32,000 nt of DNA from an uncultured Chloroflexia bacterium (lineage in GTDB: Bacteria; Chloroflexota; Ktedonobacteria; Ktedonobacterales; JADMIN01), in contig CAVRAI010000014.1 of the NCBI GenBank assembly GCA_963718915.1, forward strand, positions 1 to 32,000, in the 5' to 3' direction. A model generated the notes under the pieces. The model did not search any database and was not told the origin of the DNA. It was given only the letters and a program-made list of their open reading frames with translations. This document shows positions 27,800-32,000 of the stretch, one piece after another. Position 1 is the stretch's first letter. Each line of letters begins with the position of its first letter. The position numbers and the translations under genes are program-made.

Positions 27800-29620
27800 A
27801 TGGGCTTCATCATGGACGGATTGGACGCCGACGCCTACGACCGCACGTATTCAGATCGCAAGCTGATCGCGCGCATCGTGCGCTACTTCGGGCCACGCGC
27901 GCGGATGATGCTGCTGGTGACGGCGATGATCGTGCTGGGATCGCTGGCCGATACCGTCCTGCCGCTGTTGCTGGCGCATGGCGTGGACGTCGTGACGACC
28001 TCGCACACCGCGGCGACGATTGCCGGACTGGTGGCGGCGATCCTGATCGCGGGCATCCTCTCGTGGTGCTTCAGCTTCGTGCGCCAGTGGTATACCGCGA
28101 AAGCCGTCGGCGAGGTCGTGCTGCAACTGCGGCTGGACGCCTTCTCCGCCGTCCTGGCGCGCGACATGTCGTTCTACGACGAGAACCCATCGGGCAAGAT
28201 TGTCAGCCGCGTCACCTCCGATACCGAGGACTTCTCGACCGTGGTGACGCTGGTGCTGAACCTCCTGAGCCAGGCGTTGCTGGTCATCCTGATCGCTATC
28301 GTGCTCTTCATCATCAACCCCGTGCTGGCGCTACTGGCGCTGGGCATCGCGCCGTTCATCATCGCGGTGGCGCTCGCCTTCCGCCGCATCGCGCGCACCA
28401 CCGTCCGCAACTCGCAGCGGGCGCGGGCGCGAGTCAACAACACCATCCAGGAGACGATCAGCGGCATCGCCATCGCCAAGAACTTCCGCCAGGAGCAGAC
28501 GGTCTATAACGAGTTTGGCGCGGTCAACCGGCAGGCGTATCAGGTGAACTGGCGGACGGGCTTCGTCTTCAACGGCGTCTTCCCCATCCTCAACACCGTC
28601 GCGGGCCTGGGCACCGTCGTCATCATCTGGTTCGGCGGGCTGAACGTGCTGCATGGCGCTGTCTCGGCGGGCACCTGGTATCTCTTCGTGCAGAGCATCG
28701 CCATTTTCTGGTTCCCGCTGACCAGCATCGCCTCGTTCTGGAGCCAGTTCCAGCAGGGATTATCCGCTAGCGAGCGGGTCTTCGCGCTGATCGACGCCGA
28801 GCCGCGTGTGGAGCAGACCGACGCGCAGCCAGTGGCGTCGCTCGAAGGGCGGATCGAGTTCCGCGACTTCTACTTCGGCTACAACGCCGAGCATACTGTC
28901 CTGCCGGGGCTGAACCTGACGATCCCCGCCGGGCAGACGGTCGCGGTGGTGGGGCATACCGGCGCGGGCAAATCGAGCCTGGCGCGGCTGGTGGCGCGGT
29001 TCTACGAGTTCCAGGGCGGCGAGCTGCTGATCGACGGGCGCGACATCCGCACGTTCGATCTGCGCGACTACCGGCGCCACCTGGGCATTGTGCCGCAGAC
29101 GCCCTTCCTCTTCGACGGCACGGTGGCCGAGAATATCCGCTATGCCCGCCCAGATGCCACGGAGGACGAGGTGGCGGCGGTGGCGCGGCAGATTGGCGGC
29201 GGCGACTGGCTCGACGGCCTCTCTCATGGGCTAGAGACGCCGGTGGGCGAGATGGGGCGTGGCCTCTCGATGGGCCAGCGGCAACTGGTGGCTTTGGCGC
29301 GGGTGCTGCTGCAGAATCCCGCCATCCTGGTGCTGGACGAGGCGACGGCGAGCGTCGATCCGCTGACCGAGGCGCAGATTCAAGAGGGGCTGGAGACGGT
29401 GCTGGAGCATCGGACGGCGATGGTGATCGCGCACCGGCTCTCGACGATCCGCGACGCCGACCGCATCCTGGTGCTGGATCGCGGGCGCATCGTGGAGGAG
29501 GGCACGCACGACGAGCTACTGCTGCGCGGAGGCTCCTATGCGACGCTCTACAACACCTATTTCCGCCATCAAAGCGCCGACTATGTGCCCGGCAGCGGCT
29601 ACGTGGCGGTGGCGGATTGA
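27800..29620 (+). CDS. ABC exporter, fused permease/ATPase, subunit with canonical catalytic site and degenerate signature
   Basis: Walker A GHTGAGKSS, signature LSMGQRQL (degenerate LSGGQ), Walker B ILVLDEATSAVD (catalytic Glu present), H-loop IAHRLS. 606 aa. Confidence 0.92.
   Translation: MGFIMDGLDADAYDRTYSDRKLIARIVRYFGPRARMMLLVTAMIVLGSLADTVLPLLLAHGVDVVTTSHTAATIAGLVAAILIAGILSWCFSFVRQWYTAKAVGEVVLQLRLDAFSAVLARDMSFYDENPSGKIVSRVTSDTEDFSTVVTLVLNLLSQALLVILIAIVLFIINPVLALLALGIAPFIIAVALAFRRIARTTVRNSQRARARVNNTIQETISGIAIAKNFRQEQTVYNEFGAVNRQAYQVNWRTGFVFNGVFPILNTVAGLGTVVIIWFGGLNVLHGAVSAGTWYLFVQSIAIFWFPLTSIASFWSQFQQGLSASERVFALIDAEPRVEQTDAQPVASLEGRIEFRDFYFGYNAEHTVLPGLNLTIPAGQTVAVVGHTGAGKSSLARLVARFYEFQGGELLIDGRDIRTFDLRDYRRHLGIVPQTPFLFDGTVAENIRYARPDATEDEVAAVARQIGGGDWLDGLSHGLETPVGEMGRGLSMGQRQLVALARVLLQNPAILVLDEATASVDPLTEAQIQEGLETVLEHRTAMVIAHRLSTIRDADRILVLDRGRIVEEGTHDELLLRGGSYATLYNTYFRHQSADYVPGSGYVAVAD
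29577..29620 (+). repeat. direct repeat copy A (native 3' end of the ABC gene)
   Basis: 29577-29613 matches 31221-31257 at 34 of 37 positions (ccgactatgtGcCcggcagcggctaCgtggcggtggc). It encodes ...DYVPGSGYVAVAD*. Confidence 0.8.
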
Positions 29621-29665
29621 GGGAGACTGTTGAATCGCATGGCGGTGGTGATCCTGAGTGAGCAG

Positions 29666-29688
29666 GCCGCAGGCTGAAGCCCTGCGGC
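29666..29688. repeat. GC-rich hairpin (REP-like) downstream of the ABC gene
   Basis: GCCGCAGG ctgaagc CCTGCGGC, a perfect 8-bp stem. The GGCTGAAGCC core resembles the GGCTTCAGCC and GGCTAAAGCC cores at 17633 and 27625. Confidence 0.5.
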
Positions 29689-29715
29689 TAATCCCATCAG
29701 TTCAGTATCCTCTCG

Positions 29716-29753
29716 CCCGGCGGTGGGTATGTGGCAGTGGCCGAGGGCGAGCG
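29716..29753 (+). repeat. direct repeat copy C (left border of the low-GC islet)
   Basis: 29716-29753 matches 31232-31269 at 33 of 38 positions. The core tatgtggcRgtggccgagggcgagcg matches at 25 of 26. Read in frame it would encode PGGGYVAVAEGERAG*. Confidence 0.8.
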
Positions 29754-31220
29754 CGCGGGGTGATTTGTAGGATTCGCCTTTGTGGCTGAGTGAGAATGAT
29801 TATCGGGTACGGTCTTAATGACTGGTTTGGGTATTTATTGCATCGAACAGGTCTGCCAAAGGCTTTTCATATTCGCTGTGTTCAAACACAATGCGATGGA
29901 GCGCGCTCAAAATTATTGGAACCTTACAAGGTCGCAACAAAATCGGGATGATTGGTATGTGCTGGTCATGAGCATACCAAGTCTCCATGTCGACCCATTC
30001 TGATTCCACCGCATCTGGCGAAAGAATGGTAATGACCGCATCACTCTCATCAATTGCGCTTTGTATGTTCCGTATCCACCTATCTCCTCCTTTCAACTTG
30101 CTTTTGTCAATCCAAGGTACTAATCCACGCGTGCTAAGAGACTGCTCAAGACGATGCGCAAATACCGCGTCCTTATGAGAGTGGCTGATGAAGACCTTCT
30201 TCGATGCTGAATCTACCTCAGCGACGACGTCACGCACTGACATGCCGCCTTTGCTTGGTTGTTTCCAGCCTTGCCTCCATTGAATTATACCCTGGAATAC
30301 TGAGCCGACAATTATGAACAGCAGACTAATCAGAGCAAGAAGTAATATTGAAGGGACGCTCACCAACAGAACCGCTATCCCTTCCGCCCCGATGACAAAA
30401 CCTTTCCATCCTAAAAAGACACCAATAAACACGAGTGATGATATGCTAAAGAGTGCACTTGCTGTGACAACTGCGGGTTGCATGCTAAAGAACTGTTGAA
30501 ATAATCCGCCCAAAGTGAGAAAAATCACAGCAACGACATCGCTGAGAAACATGAAAATCGCAAGGTAGAGTCTGATACGACGTTCTAGAGGTGAAAGATC
30601 GGGTTCAATTCGAACTACATCAGGGAGTCCAGGCACATGTTCTTCAATTAGCATGCCTGATAGAGTCGCGATCGTGACAAAGAAGACACCAGTAATAACC
30701 GGGAGATACGGATAGAGAACTCTAAGCCATGATGGTGGTGCTCCGCCACCAAAGAGAATCGGCGCCCGTGTTGAGACTAAGATGTAATTGGAGCCAACAC
30801 TTACTAATAGCAGAAACAGATATATAAAGCGTCTGACCCACGCGCTGGTGATTTCGCTTACTGTTGGTCTTTGTACTGTCTTCCTAATCTCATCAAAGTC
30901 TGGTAGGCTTCCAGTCTCTTTTTGCCTTTGCGCTTCAGCAATGACCTTTAGATAAATTCTCCTTGCTTGTCTTTCTTCCTCGCCATCACGAGACCAAAAA
31001 CTGTTTATAGCGTGCTGGAGGCGAGTTGCGCCACGAATGACAATATAGCCTGTGGACACAAAAAAGTTCGCACGTGGAGAAACGTTTTCTACCATTCTTT
31101 GATTAGAACCCCCACGCATGCTAAGCAATCGTCAAGCGATCGTCAGCAGTATAGCACAGGCTTGCAGCCATCTCTCTTTGCATTCAAATTGGGCGGCCTC
31201 TATCTCCTCCGCCTAAGACA
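29754..31220. mobile_element. compositionally foreign single-gene islet (no recombinase on board)
   Basis: Hand counts on four 60-nt lines inside it (29881, 30301, 30361, 30781) give 43, 42, 50 and 38% G+C, against 68% for line 29341 in the adjacent ABC gene. It is bounded by direct repeat copies C and B. Confidence 0.55.
29815..31119 (-). CDS. multi-pass membrane protein with C-terminal TIR domain
   Basis: The C-terminal 128 aa (29818-30201) read KKVFISHSHKDAVFAHRLEQSLSTRGLVPWIDKSKLKGGDRWIRNIQSAIDESDAVITILSPDAVESEWVDME. This matches the bacterial TIR pattern F-I-S-[HY]-x-x-x-D, G..W.D, AI..S...I.ILS and S.WV..E. It is preceded by about 5 strongly hydrophobic helices (e.g. FIYLFLLLVSVGSNYILV, LPVITGVFFVTIATLSGMLI, LYLAIFMFLSDVVAVIFLTLGGL, GIAVLLVSVPSILLLALISLLFIIVGSVF) and an N-terminal region of about 90 aa of unknown type. 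Start is ATG 31119 (alternatives TTG 31128 and ATG 31095). A possible extended -10, TGCTATACT, lies at 31148-31156 on the minus strand. Confidence 0.8.
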   Translation of the reverse strand: MRGGSNQRMVENVSPRANFFVSTGYIVIRGATRLQHAINSFWSRDGEEERQARRIYLKVIAEAQRQKETGSLPDFDEIRKTVQRPTVSEITSAWVRRFIYLFLLLVSVGSNYILVSTRAPILFGGGAPPSWLRVLYPYLPVITGVFFVTIATLSGMLIEEHVPGLPDVVRIEPDLSPLERRIRLYLAIFMFLSDVVAVIFLTLGGLFQQFFSMQPAVVTASALFSISSLVFIGVFLGWKGFVIGAEGIAVLLVSVPSILLLALISLLFIIVGSVFQGIIQWRQGWKQPSKGGMSVRDVVAEVDSASKKVFISHSHKDAVFAHRLEQSLSTRGLVPWIDKSKLKGGDRWIRNIQSAIDESDAVITILSPDAVESEWVDMETWYAHDQHIPIIPILLRPCKVPIILSALHRIVFEHSEYEKPLADLFDAINTQTSH

Positions 31221-31269
31221 CCGACTATGTCCTCGGCAGCGGCTATGTGGCGGTGGCCGAGGGCGAGCG
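31221..31269 (+). repeat. direct repeat copy B (right border of the islet; hybrid of A and C)
   Basis: ccgactatgtcctcggcagcggctatgtggcggtggccgagggcgagcg. The left part matches copy A and the right part matches copy C. In the ABC reading frame it would encode DYVLGSGYVAVAEGERAA... Confidence 0.8.
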
Positions 31270-31310
31270 AGCCGCAGCAATAGACTCGCTCTTGTGCTTG
31301 TCTTCTCCGT

Positions 31311-32000
31311 TTATCCTGCGCGCTCCGCCAGTGCGGTAACTTCCTCCTGCTCCTCAGGCGCAGGCGCGGGCGCAACCGCCTCTTTCGCTGCCCTCGCGGC
31401 CCGGCGTAGCAGCAGGGTCGGCGGCACACGATAGACCTCGCGCGCCAGGCGCAGGCGCTCCAGCGTCCAGATGAGGTAGCCGGAGAGGTCGAACTGCCAC
31501 CAGCGCAGGCCATGGAACGCCGAACGCGGGAAGGCGTGGTGATTGTTGTGCCAGCCCTCGCCGAACGCCAGCAGGCCGACGATCCACTCGTTGCGGCTGC
31601 GGTCCGTCGTCTCGAATGCGCGCTTGCCGAAGGTGTGGCAGACGGAGTTCACGCTCCAGGTGACGTGATGCGTCAGGAACATGCGCACCAGCCCACCCCA
31701 GAGCAGCCCGCTCAACGCCAGCGGCCACCCGCCAAGGAGCCAGCCGACGGCGAACGGGATCGCCAGCGACAGGACCGCCCAGAGCAGGAACGTCTTGCTG
31801 ACGAAGGTCACAATGCGGTCGCTCACCAGATGGCGGGTGTACACCATAGGGTCGGCGTCGCCATCGCGGAAGATCCAGCCGAGGTGCGCGTGGAAGAAGC
31901 CCTCGACGGGGCTGTGCGGGTCGCCCTCACGGTCGGCGCGCGCGTGGTGTTTGGTGTGTGTCGCGGCCCAATCGAGGGCTGGACCCTCAAAGGCCATCGA
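31311..32000 (-). CDS. acyl-CoA (delta-9-type) fatty acid desaturase, N-terminus beyond the window edge
   Basis: Histidine boxes THTKHHARAD and WHNNHHAFP are present, along with TM helices. The reading frame stays open to the window end, so the ATG at 31997 is probably internal. Confidence 0.85.
   Translation of the reverse strand, partial: SMAFEGPALDWAATHTKHHARADREGDPHSPVEGFFHAHLGWIFRDGDADPMVYTRHLVSDRIVTFVSKTFLLWAVLSLAIPFAVGWLLGGWPLALSGLLWGGLVRMFLTHHVTWSVNSVCHTFGKRAFETTDRSRNEWIVGLLAFGEGWHNNHHAFPRSAFHGLRWWQFDLSGYLIWTLERLRLAREVYRVPPTLLLRRAARAAKEAVAPAPAPEEQEEVTALAERAG

Overview
High-GC (about 65% by eye) bacterial chromosomal window, gene content reminiscent of Chloroflexota-type genomes (tentative). 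It is mostly housekeeping genes. These include dxs, cdd and gpsA, and a tight minus-strand operon pgeF-yggS-(unknown metal-motif protein)-yggT-yggU-HAD. Others are a frameshifted pyrimidine-nucleoside phosphorylase, a TPR-rhomboid protease, a UbiA-type prenyltransferase, an A-type Fe-S carrier, an M20 peptidase, a heterodimeric ABC exporter pair and a truncated acyl-CoA desaturase. The left edge carries a tyrosine integrase facing the 3' end of tRNA-Lys(CTT), which is the usual signature of an island boundary. The standout is at 29.6-31.3 kb. A roughly 1.47-kb islet with much lower G+C (38-50% on hand-counted lines versus 68% next door) carries a single gene for a multi-pass membrane protein with a C-terminal TIR domain. 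The islet is bracketed by diverged direct repeats that copy the 3' end of the upstream ABC gene (three copies in all). I read this as an inserted single-gene, TIR-based candidate defence or NAD-depleting module. Secondary items are a PIG-L/LmbE deacetylase interrupted by a cNMP-binding-like domain, a dispersed family of perfect GC-rich palindromes (one composite 143-bp copy sits between the two ABC genes), and several candidate regulatory repeats. No rRNA, CRISPR array or transposase was seen.
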